The position numbers and the translations under genes were made by a program. A stretch of DNA of 40,166 bases, taken from NCBI GenBank assembly GCA_052055015.1, contig JBQJIT010000054.1. One strand, written 5' to 3'. Source of the stretch: Malassezia furfur. Its lineage: Eukaryota. Shown here piece after piece: positions 20,478 to 29,858 of the stretch (position 1 is the stretch's first letter; each line of letters opens with the position of its first letter). Below the pieces are notes generated by a model, which saw nothing but the letters and a program-made list of their open reading frames with translations, had not been told where the DNA came from and made no database searches.

Positions 20478-22878
20478 ATGGAGACCGGAGCTGAGACCGG
20501 AGGCCCGTCGCTCGTTGTGAGCCGCAGAGTGACAGCTTGTGATCCATGCAGAAAACACAAGGTAAGTGAAAGTTTTCTGATAGGTCCAGCTGAGATGCGA
20601 TATGCATGAGAATGATGAGGCGTGCCGCCGTTGTATCCAAAAGGGGATAGAATGCGTGCGCCGCAAGAAAGACCTCCAAAGCCTACTTGATGAGCAAAGT
20701 GATTGGCGCACGGACATGGAGAGAGAAATGCGAGCGCTTCGATCTTCCCTAGATCAAGTGTCTACGACATTGGCTCAACTTGCAAGACAGCGACCTGCAC
20801 CTGAAGAGCCCCCGCGCAAACGCCAAGCCGTACAAGCAGAAAACATTCGAAATGCTCCAGATGATTCCGACTTGGCCACAGAGGGGCTATTGGGGCTTGC
20901 AGGGCAATGGCCGACACCAAGTCAAGGAAGTTCTAGGATTGAACGGAACATCGTGAACGAACCTCGGTCACGCGCCGATATAAGTTTGAATAACCCACTT
21001 GCGGAGCCTACTCTGCTTACCTCTCCAGAGCGGAGCGAATCACCAGGAGTTACGTCATCTTCAATTCGCGGTGATGTCCTTCACCAAGGTATCCTCACTC
21101 TCGATGAGGCAGTTGAACTGTTTTACCTCTACTTCCGAATGCTCGACCCTCACATTTGTCATCTTATCGGACCAATTCATGGCATCCAAGACCTCCCAGA
21201 AAAGGACAGTACGTACGGTCTTGCTGTAAGTTCTCCCCTTCAACGCATGCTTCTTCTTGCGATCGAGAGTGTTCGCAATTCATCCAAACTCCTTTTCGTC
21301 TCAATACTTTGTGTTTCTGCTTTGCACATGAAACAAAACTCAAACAATCATCATCTTTTCCCATCATTGTATCGCGAATTCATTCGATTGGCAGCCATCC
21401 AGGCTTTTAGTCGACATCAAACTCTTGATGATATTCGCGCTCTTGTGGTCGGTTCATTTTGGCTTAACGATGTGAGCTGGACTTTGGTGGGGACAGCTGT
21501 ACGTATTGTTACGGAAAGACACATGCACGAGAGCTATTCCCATTGGGTTCCAAGTGCTCCTCTTTTACGACGTAAACGTCAAAACCAATCTATTCCATCT
21601 GGACGCAGCGCATCCGATACTACAGGGCGCACTCCGCCAAACAAAAACGACTCTCCCATGCACATTGCTTATGAAGAGGCACGGTTATACTACTTGATCT
21701 ACATTGCAGATCACCAAAGCTCCATTCCATATCGACGGCCGCCAATGACTCGGCAACATGAGGTGGTTCGTCGTGCAGTGGAATGGCTTAACAACTGCCC
21801 ATGGGCAGAAAACCGAAGCGACACGCGTCTTGTTGCTTTGGTAAAGATGTGGGAGATTTTACATGATGCTATTGATGAAATTGGCTCTGACCTTCATGCT
21901 CCACCTGATGAACTGGGACTTGCATTTCATGCACGGTTTCAAGGTCAGATCGAAGCATGGTATCAAACTTGGTCTCGGGAATTCTCCGTTGTGGACACTT
22001 ACGAAAAGAACGATATTAACCGGCAGCGCCTGTATGCCGAACTTTTCCTACACTCAATGGCGTTCCGAACGGATAAAAATGCCCTGCCCGTTTTTTTCCC
22101 AGCACAAGTAACGAATGAGATGATGGGCGAGTCAAATTCAGCCGTGAAGCATGCATGTTTTCAAGCAGACCGCAGACGTGTCATTGCAGAAAATGCTGTG
22201 GATTCAGCGCATCGTATTTTGGAGCTGCTGGGGGCTGATATGGCCCATCTGGACATTTTGACAGGAAGCACTTCTTATTCACACACAATGACTACGTTTG
22301 CAATTGTACTGCTTGTCAAGGCGCTCAAGCAGTTCGGGAACGAAGAAAACCCGCATCATTTGCGCGGGGCAGATTTGCGTTCAGTTTTGCGCAGTATTGA
22401 TCCTGCTCTGCGAGCACTTGTCATGGGGGCACAATGTGTTGCAAAAGAGAATATGTTGGTCAATATCACAGCTGGCGCGAAGCAGTCTATCGAACAAATC
22501 CGCGTTGCCTATGCATCTCTACTCCCAGAGTCCCATGTCCCTATTTCTCAACCCCACAGAAGGATGGAATATTATCAAAGGCAACCCCCGCTTGACCCAA
22601 TACCTCGTCTTAGTACGCCGCGCGTCATCCAGGCGCAAAACCTTCCTGCGTGGACTCCGCCTATACGTACACCACCAGTGAATGTTCAATCATCTGGAGC
22701 TCCGAATTCAGAACAGCAACAACAAGAATTGGGCGCAATCAACTCTTTGGAAGGCTTTGATCTCCTCTCTGGACAAATTCCTCTTTCAGGAATTGATCTA
22801 TTCCAAGACACCACACTGGGAACCGGCGTCGATGTATCTGACTTGTCATCCATGTTTGCTGCAGCAACGAGTCCTTAA
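20478..22878 (+). CDS. Zn(II)2Cys6 fungal transcription factor; 2 exons
   Basis: Removing the intron at 20562-20589 (28 nt, GTAAGT...CAG) gives ACDPCRKHK|LRCDMHENDEACRRCIQKGIEC, followed by a coiled coil and a middle-homology-like region (ARLYYLIYIADHQSSIPYRRPP). Confidence 0.92.
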
Positions 22879-22922
22879 TCCTAGTCCTAGCTCTATTGTA
22901 AAATACGAGAAAAAATGGTTCT

Positions 22923-23822
22923 TCACGCAGCACCCGTTTGTCCAAGACGCTGGGTTTGAAGGCGGCTGAGGTCCGTCGCGCCCCACATCGGCGACCCGAA
23001 GCCATACTGCTTTGCACCGTATGAGTAGTCCTGACCTTGCACGCGCTCAGCCGTCGGTGGCCACTCCTTGCGGCGCTTGATATAGTATGCCTTGTGACGG
23101 TCTCCACAATCCGAATACGCGTTGAAAGTCGCGTAAAGAGCGGCACGGCGGTTGTTCGACTTGTTCGAGCCACTGCGGTGCGCAAGGAACGACCCGAAGA
23201 TAAGAGTGTCGCCCGGCTGGAGAGGAACAGGCACCCACTCTTGCTGGGATTCCCACTCGTGTTTGATGCAGTTGTCATCACCGATAGGCACGCCCATCTT
23301 GTGACTTCCAGGGACAACCTCAAGACAGCCGTTTTCAGGTGTCGCTGCATCGATCGCCAAGTTGATGGTCAGGTGCTTGAGTGCGCCGGCGTGCTGGTAA
23401 GCAGGTGCATCGGTGTGGGCATCAAACCCACCCGCACCAGGGTGCTTGTAGTTGATCTTTTCCTTGAAAAGGACCATGGGCTCCTTGTTGATCTGTTCAA
23501 GAATGCCCAGAAGACGCTGGCCGCGGAAAAGCTTGTCGAAGCCATCGTGGAAGTCGGCAAAGTTCTCTGTACGGCAAAGGACACGGGTACCATCTTCGCG
23601 CTGCTCTTCATACGGCATCCACTTGCCTGGCTCGTAAGGCCAATCATGGACATTCTGCGACCATTGTTGGATCTCTTTGGTGGTCGGCTCGTCGAGAAGG
23701 TCACGGAGAATCAGGAAGCCGTCGCGATCGAACGAGGCCAGCTGCTCTTCCTAGAGGGTGTAAGGCTTGAGAAGGGTTTCAGCCATTGCTTCAGAGATCT
23801 TTACTTGCTGTTCCGACGCCAT
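22923..23822 (-). CDS. phnY: PhnY-like Fe(II)/2-oxoglutarate dioxygenase (PhyH family); in-frame TAG at 23753-23751, or a 54-nt intron
   Basis: EEQLASFDRDGFL...W...PGKWMPYEE...LCRTENF...VLFKEKINYKHPGAGGFDAHTDAPAY (HxD), ENGCL, PGD, H-RSGSNKSNNRR, KRRKEWPPTAERVQGQDYS. This resembles bacterial 2-aminoethylphosphonate dioxygenase PhnY along its length (recalled, not aligned). The reading frame extends upstream of the track ORF to ATGs at 23786 and 23822. Confidence 0.82.
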
Positions 23823-23875
23823 GGTCGTAGTTTCTTTTATCCCTTCGAAGTTCCGAGTCTAATCGTCTCGAACTT

Positions 23876-23940
23876 CGGGAGCCACTCCGGGCTCGGTTTT
23901 CTCTCCGGCGCACGGACACCAAATTTAAAGTGTGCACGTG
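23876..23940. promoter_or_regulatory. Two tandem CGG-N8-CCG sites plus a CACGTG E-box upstream of the phnY-like gene
   Basis: cgggagccactccg (23876-23889), cggttttctctccg (23894-23907), CACGTG (23935-23940). Confidence 0.6.
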
Positions 23941-24035
23941 CCCCAAGGACCAATTAGCGTGTTGCTATTGTAGCGCGTGGTGGTTCAGTTTCTCAGCAGG
24001 GTTCCGGAGCATTGCCGGGGTACGGGTTGTGCCCG

Positions 24036-26102
24036 ATGCATCGTCAGCTGTCTATCATACGCATCTTCTCGGTAACAGTTGTGGTAGCAGCGCTACTGGT
24101 ATCTGCTTGGTGGATCAATACTGATACCGGACGACAATTTGCACACAGCAAATATGCATTCCCATTAGTGCCCAGTCACTGGCCGCGACTGTCGGTCAAT
24201 GAGGGTCCTCTCTCGATGGACCCCGCTTTTGCTAGAAAGGCTCCTTCGCAAGAGCGCCTTTACAACTGGACCATATCTAGGGACGTGAGAGCACCCGATG
24301 GAATACCGCGTCTTATGTACACCATCAATGGACTCTTTCCTGGTCCTATAATCGAAGCGAATGAGGGTGACGTTCTAGCAATCCAGGTACACAACGCCAT
24401 CTTCGACAACGAAACTCTTCCTAACCCTCCAATGTCTTCCCAGATTGATTCAGTGTTTCGAAAGGGCACTGAACGTAGCATCGCTATGCATTGGCATGGT
24501 CTCTCCATGCGGGGTACTCAAGAAATGGATGGTGCAGTTGGATTCTCTTCTTGTGTCCTCCGTCCTGGCGAAACGTTCACTTACCGGTTTGCTTTACATG
24601 CGGAGGATGTGGGAACCCATTGGTATCATTCACACATTGGTACATCACGAGCTGATGGGCTCTGGGGTATGCTTATTGTTCATTCCCGACACAACGAAGC
24701 GGCTCTTTTACGAAAGTACAGCACAAATGCAACCGAGGCACTTGTGTGGGACGAAGATGTGGCAGTTGCTTTAGGGGATCATTTCCATGAGCAAGGGCCA
24801 GTGTTTTTGGCACGCTATGTTTCACGGTGGATGCAGAAGGCAGAGCCTGTGCCGGCGAGCGGCCTAATCAACGGAAAGCATCGCTTTAGCTGCGAGCATA
24901 GTCGTCTCACGCAAGTACCATGCCCAGCGGATCCTCTCGGGAAAGAGATTGTCGGGGAGTACTCAACATTTTCGTTAGACCCTTCAAAACGGTATCGGCT
25001 ACGTCTAGTCAACGTCGGCTCCCTCGCTGAGCAGACTTTCTCAGTTGACGGGCATTCTTTGACTGTAATCGAAGCAGATGGCGTCCTTGTTGATCCATTT
25101 ACAGTTCATCGGCTTCCAATTGCGACAGGACAGCGGTATTCTGTGCTTCTTAACCGTCTTGACGACCAGCAACAAGTATGGATGCGTTCAAAGATGTCTG
25201 CCGAATGTTTTCAGTATATGAACCCTGTTCTGGATTTGGTAACAAAAGCTATTGTGGAATATCAAGACTCAGGACCAAAGGGAAGCTGGCTTTCACCTCT
25301 TCGTCGAGCTGTGAAAGGCCGCAGGGATCTTGCTCAGTTTACATCTTCTCGGCGTCGGAATCGAGCTTTACAAAGCAAGCTCCCATCCTCGCGCGGTTGG
25401 GGCGACAACGTGGAGGATCCCAAAGTTCCCAGTGAGCCTTGTCATGACCTCGACAACGCAGCGTTGACGCCATTGATTTCAGACCCTGCACCTGAACTAA
25501 ATTTTGAACGAGGAGACGTGCGTGAGACTGTGTTAATAACGGTCCAAACACGAGAGAAATATGGAATTGTACCAATGGGGTACATGAACCACACTACGTG
25601 GCGAGCTGGTGGAAGCGGCAAGGTGCCGCGTCCACCTTTGCTTCATCGTATTTCACACTCGAATTCCACTGACCCTAATGTATGGGTGGACGATGGGCTA
25701 ATCGATTATGACCATGAATTAGTGGTTTCTCCCCATCCCAACAGCTCCGTTGTTATTGAGCTTGTGATCAACAATCATGACGATTCTGAGCACCCGTTTC
25801 ATTTGCATGGGCACAAGTTTTGGGTTATGGAGACAGGCGAAATTGACCCAATGTGGGGTGGCTACAATGACTATGTTGATCGAGGACAAAGATACGATTT
25901 GAACCGCGTTATGAAGCGTGACACTTTTGTCATACCAATGATGGGTTATGCCGTCATCCGATGGATTGCGGACAACCCTGGTGTTTGGCCTTTTCATTGC
26001 CATATGCTGGTGCATCTCGAGAGTGGAATGGCAATGGCAATTGCAGAGCAACCCGCTTTGCTTCAGGCGTCTCCTCCAGTACCAAAGGTTTGTGCTACGT
26101 AA
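24036..26102 (+). CDS. Multicopper oxidase (laccase-like, AA1) with an N-terminal membrane anchor or signal
   Basis: Copper motifs HWHG, WYHSH, HPFHLHG and HCHMLVHLESGM. Hydrophobic N-terminal segment IFSVTVVVAALLVSAWW. Confidence 0.93.
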   Translation: MHRQLSIIRIFSVTVVVAALLVSAWWINTDTGRQFAHSKYAFPLVPSHWPRLSVNEGPLSMDPAFARKAPSQERLYNWTISRDVRAPDGIPRLMYTINGLFPGPIIEANEGDVLAIQVHNAIFDNETLPNPPMSSQIDSVFRKGTERSIAMHWHGLSMRGTQEMDGAVGFSSCVLRPGETFTYRFALHAEDVGTHWYHSHIGTSRADGLWGMLIVHSRHNEAALLRKYSTNATEALVWDEDVAVALGDHFHEQGPVFLARYVSRWMQKAEPVPASGLINGKHRFSCEHSRLTQVPCPADPLGKEIVGEYSTFSLDPSKRYRLRLVNVGSLAEQTFSVDGHSLTVIEADGVLVDPFTVHRLPIATGQRYSVLLNRLDDQQQVWMRSKMSAECFQYMNPVLDLVTKAIVEYQDSGPKGSWLSPLRRAVKGRRDLAQFTSSRRRNRALQSKLPSSRGWGDNVEDPKVPSEPCHDLDNAALTPLISDPAPELNFERGDVRETVLITVQTREKYGIVPMGYMNHTTWRAGGSGKVPRPPLLHRISHSNSTDPNVWVDDGLIDYDHELVVSPHPNSSVVIELVINNHDDSEHPFHLHGHKFWVMETGEIDPMWGGYNDYVDRGQRYDLNRVMKRDTFVIPMMGYAVIRWIADNPGVWPFHCHMLVHLESGMAMAIAEQPALLQASPPVPKVCAT

Positions 26103-26520
26103 TAGTATGCGTTTTTCAATCTTTCTAATGCCCTCAAACAGCAGCAATAAGTTTAGATACTAGCCTCCATATCACAATTCAGTTGCATTTTCTGTACATA
26201 TTTCGCCAGTAATGGAATGACTGTTGTCCAATGCTAAAATGTGCTGGAGATCCTGCGGTTGTGTATTCTCGAACTCGACTGTAATGGGCTAGTCTCGCTG
26301 CATTACTGGTCATTTTTTGGCGTGTAGACCAACCCAGCCAATCCGGTAAGTGGAATTAATCACGCGCCATAAAGTGACCTTACCCCGCATCGCTTTAGAT
26401 CGCACGTGTCCACTCCTGCAGCAACACTCCGTAGCAAACTTGTCCCGATATAATGTGGGAGTTAGCAGTCTTCCAAGGAGTCCACGCTGGACTTACCAGC
26501 TGGACAAGATTTGTGCAGAT

Positions 26521-28452
26521 ATGGCACTCACATTGGCCCGGTATGCTGCCTTTGGCTTTATGGGCCTTAGTACTTTGGCAGGAACGGCCGCCATGAACCA
26601 TCACGACTTGCGGGACATCAAACATATTGTTCTTTTCATGCAGGAGAATCGCGCATTTGACCACTACTTTGGTACTATGGAAGGTGTGCGTGGATTCCAA
26701 GACCCAAACGTGCATATTTCGAAGAACACAGGGAAAAGCATTTTTCATCAGCCGGTCGATCAAACGATCGAGGACGATGCACCTCCTGAAGGTGTTTCCG
26801 AGCTCATGCCTTGGTATTTAAACTGGCAAGGAGGAGACTGGTCTCAACGCACACAATGTATGGTTGCCGGAACGAATGACTGGCGTGAAAACCACGCGGC
26901 ATGGAACAATGGAGAGGTCGATCAATGGGCCATTGCGAACACACCGTACTCCATCGGTTATTACCGCCGCGAGGACATTCCCATTCAGTTTGGCTTGGCC
27001 GGGAATTTTACTGTCGGTGATGCCTATTATGAGTCTATTATTTCATCGACGGACCCTAACAGAGTGTCATGGTTTTCCGGCACGATCAACGTTAATGGAA
27101 CAGCAACGAACGGCGTCAACAAGAAAAAAGGTGGCCCTGTAATTGACAACAATACTGATCCTAAGTGCCTGAAGGCCGATGATGGTACACCTTTTTCGTG
27201 TCGACCATTGACTTGGAAGACAGTTCCAGAGTATTTGGAAGAATCCGGCATCAGCTTCCGGGTTTACCAAGATTTCGACAACTTCGGTGATGATACACTA
27301 GTTGAATGGTCACAATATCAAGAGGCCGCCAAACGTCGTGAAGATTTTGCTGCAAGGAGCGTTGGGTTTCCTGGACTTGCACGATTCTACAAGGATGCAA
27401 GGGAAGGAAATCTACCCGAGATTTCGTACATCGTCGCACCTCAAGATCTTTCGGAACATCCGCCATATACTCCGCACGATGGAGCATGGCTTCAACGAAA
27501 GGTCGCTGAAGCCGTCATGCATGGGAAGGACTGGAACAGCACAGCATTAATTGTGTCTTTTGATGAGACTGGAGGTTGGGCAGACCATGTTATTGCTCCT
27601 CTCCCCCCCAAAGATGCAAAAGGAGAGTGGATGGTCGATCCCTACAACAAGTCAATCGGATTGACACCGACAGGCCCAGGATTCAGATTGCCGTTCTACA
27701 TTATTTCCCCATGGACGCGCAAAGGTGGCGTTTTCACGGAACATTCATCCCATGAGAGCCAAATCCTCTTCTTGGAGGAATGGTCTAAAGCGCATGGGAA
27801 ACCGTGGAAGACGCAGCAAATGAATCCTTGGAGGAGGCAGCATATGAGCAACTTGGTCAAGGCATTTGATTTTTCCAGCCCCGACTACAGTACCATTGAA
27901 CTTGAGCAAGTTCCAGAAGCCTCCAAAGACCCTATCACTGGACAATACAACGGTGCATGGGTGTGCCAACTTCGATTCTTCAGCAAGGTGCAACCCAAGG
28001 TGCCCTATGGAAAGCAAACTGAGAAAGAGGCGCTTCGTGTTGAAGCTGGCTATAAACCGGTTCGCGGAGATTTGAGCGAGGGTCGCTATCTCACCTTCGA
28101 GGCTAATGGTCATGCCCTGAGCCACTCTTCCCAACGCTTGAGCGCCAGTAAAGCTCACCCAGACCACAACCACGATGACCAGCTCTTTGTCATTCACTGG
28201 CAAGGCTCAGAACCACGCGATAATCGCTTCAAGATTGCAAGTCCTGGACGACACCCTCGCTACATTACGTCTAACTTGAAGTTGACCAAGAGTGTGAAGA
28301 AAGCCGCAATCTTCGAGATCGCGGATCTGGGGAATGGCAAAGGATATACGATTACCGAACATGGGTCAAAGAAACAACTGTCTATCTCTAAAGATGGTGC
28401 TGTGGCACATACAAACCATGCTACGTTCAAGGTGTTTAGTGTTACGAAATAA
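26521..28452 (+). CDS. Secreted phospholipase C, phosphoesterase (PlcH/PlcN/AcpA) family
   Basis: Signal peptide, IKHIVLFMQENRAFDHYFGTM.GVRGF.D, STDPNR, SEHPP, DETGGWADHV, GPGFRLPFYIISPW. Confidence 0.92.
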   Translation: MALTLARYAAFGFMGLSTLAGTAAMNHHDLRDIKHIVLFMQENRAFDHYFGTMEGVRGFQDPNVHISKNTGKSIFHQPVDQTIEDDAPPEGVSELMPWYLNWQGGDWSQRTQCMVAGTNDWRENHAAWNNGEVDQWAIANTPYSIGYYRREDIPIQFGLAGNFTVGDAYYESIISSTDPNRVSWFSGTINVNGTATNGVNKKKGGPVIDNNTDPKCLKADDGTPFSCRPLTWKTVPEYLEESGISFRVYQDFDNFGDDTLVEWSQYQEAAKRREDFAARSVGFPGLARFYKDAREGNLPEISYIVAPQDLSEHPPYTPHDGAWLQRKVAEAVMHGKDWNSTALIVSFDETGGWADHVIAPLPPKDAKGEWMVDPYNKSIGLTPTGPGFRLPFYIISPWTRKGGVFTEHSSHESQILFLEEWSKAHGKPWKTQQMNPWRRQHMSNLVKAFDFSSPDYSTIELEQVPEASKDPITGQYNGAWVCQLRFFSKVQPKVPYGKQTEKEALRVEAGYKPVRGDLSEGRYLTFEANGHALSHSSQRLSASKAHPDHNHDDQLFVIHWQGSEPRDNRFKIASPGRHPRYITSNLKLTKSVKKAAIFEIADLGNGKGYTITEHGSKKQLSISKDGAVAHTNHATFKVFSVTK

Positions 28453-28572
28453 GTAGAAGATAGTGTCCGAATGTTGTCGTTCGTTGTGGCTCCGGCTCTT
28501 ACATAAACTGAATCTTGAATTTGACGTAGCTTCTAGTGTAACACTCTTATCCTATGGCAATTACATTGTTAC

Positions 28573-29604
28573 TTAAAGCTCGAGCGTAGAGGCGAGATGT
28601 GCATTGTAGCGATACCCAGTCACCTTTGCGTTGACTTCGTCCGCCAGCGCGTCGAACTTTTTCAGAACATCAGGTGAAACCGTGATGTTGGCACTGTCCA
28701 AGTTCTGAACCAGATTGTTCATCTTTGTAGTCCCGGGGATCGGAATAAGTTTCTCATAACGGTGAAGCTCCCAGGCCAACGTCAATTGTGTAGGAGCGAC
28801 GTTAATGGACTTGGCAAGCTCGGTAATCTTATCAGTCAATTGCACATTAGAATCAAAGTTCTCTTCGTTGAAACGGTCAAACATAAGCCGCATATCTCCT
28901 TCCGGAATATCACTGCGCTTGCGCAGGGTACCCGTAAAGAAACCACGAGAAAGTGGGGAATAGGCAAGGATGGCGACATTATTATCCTTGCAAGCCTGAA
29001 GCACACCATTCGTCTCCATGTCCATAGAGAAAGGGCTAAATTCCACTTCCACAGTCGCAATGGGGTGTACTCTCGCTGCAGCACGAATCGAATCCGCACT
29101 AACCTCGCTCAACCCAATGTGGGAGAAAAGGCCCTCCTTGCAGAGCTTTGCCAGACTTGCTGTACTCGTTTCAATCGTGACATTAGGGTCCCGTCGCGCC
29201 GGACCATAAATGTCAATTTTCTTCTTCCCAAGGAGGCCCTTCAACTCTGTTAGCTCGCGGCGCAGATTCTCTTCACTAGAATCCGGACTGGCCAGGTTGC
29301 CTGTCGGGTTAAAGCCTCCTTTAATGCCAAGGGTAATCTTGTCGATGTGCTCTGGATACTTTTCAAAGAAGCGAGAAATCAACTTGATGTTCGCCCAGGG
29401 ATCATTTGAGCCATAAAACGTGGCAGAGTTCCAGTAAGTGACACCACTTTCGATCGCCTTAAGAAGAAGGGGAAAGGCTTGCTCGTCGGGGACCACACGC
29501 TCAGGTGGAACCCAGGTCAGCGACATGAGGCCGAACCCGATAGCACCAACTGAGATACTCGAGGCATCACCGCCGAGAACGCGCGTTGGAATAGAAGAGG
29601 TCAT
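28573..29604 (-). CDS. Aldo-keto reductase, pyridoxal-reductase-like
   Basis: IGFGLMSLTW, NSATFYG, IKGG, IGLSEVSA, VEVEFSPF, AYSPLSRGFFTG, PIPGTT. Confidence 0.88.
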   Translation of the reverse strand: MTSSIPTRVLGGDASSISVGAIGFGLMSLTWVPPERVVPDEQAFPLLLKAIESGVTYWNSATFYGSNDPWANIKLISRFFEKYPEHIDKITLGIKGGFNPTGNLASPDSSEENLRRELTELKGLLGKKKIDIYGPARRDPNVTIETSTASLAKLCKEGLFSHIGLSEVSADSIRAAARVHPIATVEVEFSPFSMDMETNGVLQACKDNNVAILAYSPLSRGFFTGTLRKRSDIPEGDMRLMFDRFNEENFDSNVQLTDKITELAKSINVAPTQLTLAWELHRYEKLIPIPGTTKMNNLVQNLDSANITVSPDVLKKFDALADEVNAKVTGYRYNAHLASTLEL

Positions 29605-29858
29605 GGTAGTGAGGGAATATGTGAGCGAAATTTCCCGTCATCTACGAATAGTGGACGACCGCCATGTGGCACAGATCATTTACAACGGGTTTTTCCGTGG
29701 AGGTTGATCGAGTCACGCAGGTCCGTGCGCAAATTCAGTGGATGGCATCTTATCTTTGAGCCCAGGCTATACTTCATAGATAGCAGAAAGGCGATGCGGC
29801 ATCCCGAGGCGGGGAAAATGAGCAATCGATTGAACAGATTCAACTTAATCATACCAAC

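Noticed and set aside
17562..23822. Bacterial contamination or a bacterial operon as the source of phnY/phnZ
   Set aside because: The phnZ-like gene has a spliceosomal intron, and the genes are interleaved with a fungal-specific Zn2Cys6 factor and a fungal-type MFS transporter.
23846..23878. Imperfect inverted repeat CGAAGTT..GAG...CTC.AACTTCG upstream of phnY, with a similar CCGAAG...CTTCGG at 18369-18390, as an ncRNA or MITE
   Set aside because: Too short, no target-site duplication, and the spacing differs between the two. At most these are additional factor-binding half-sites.
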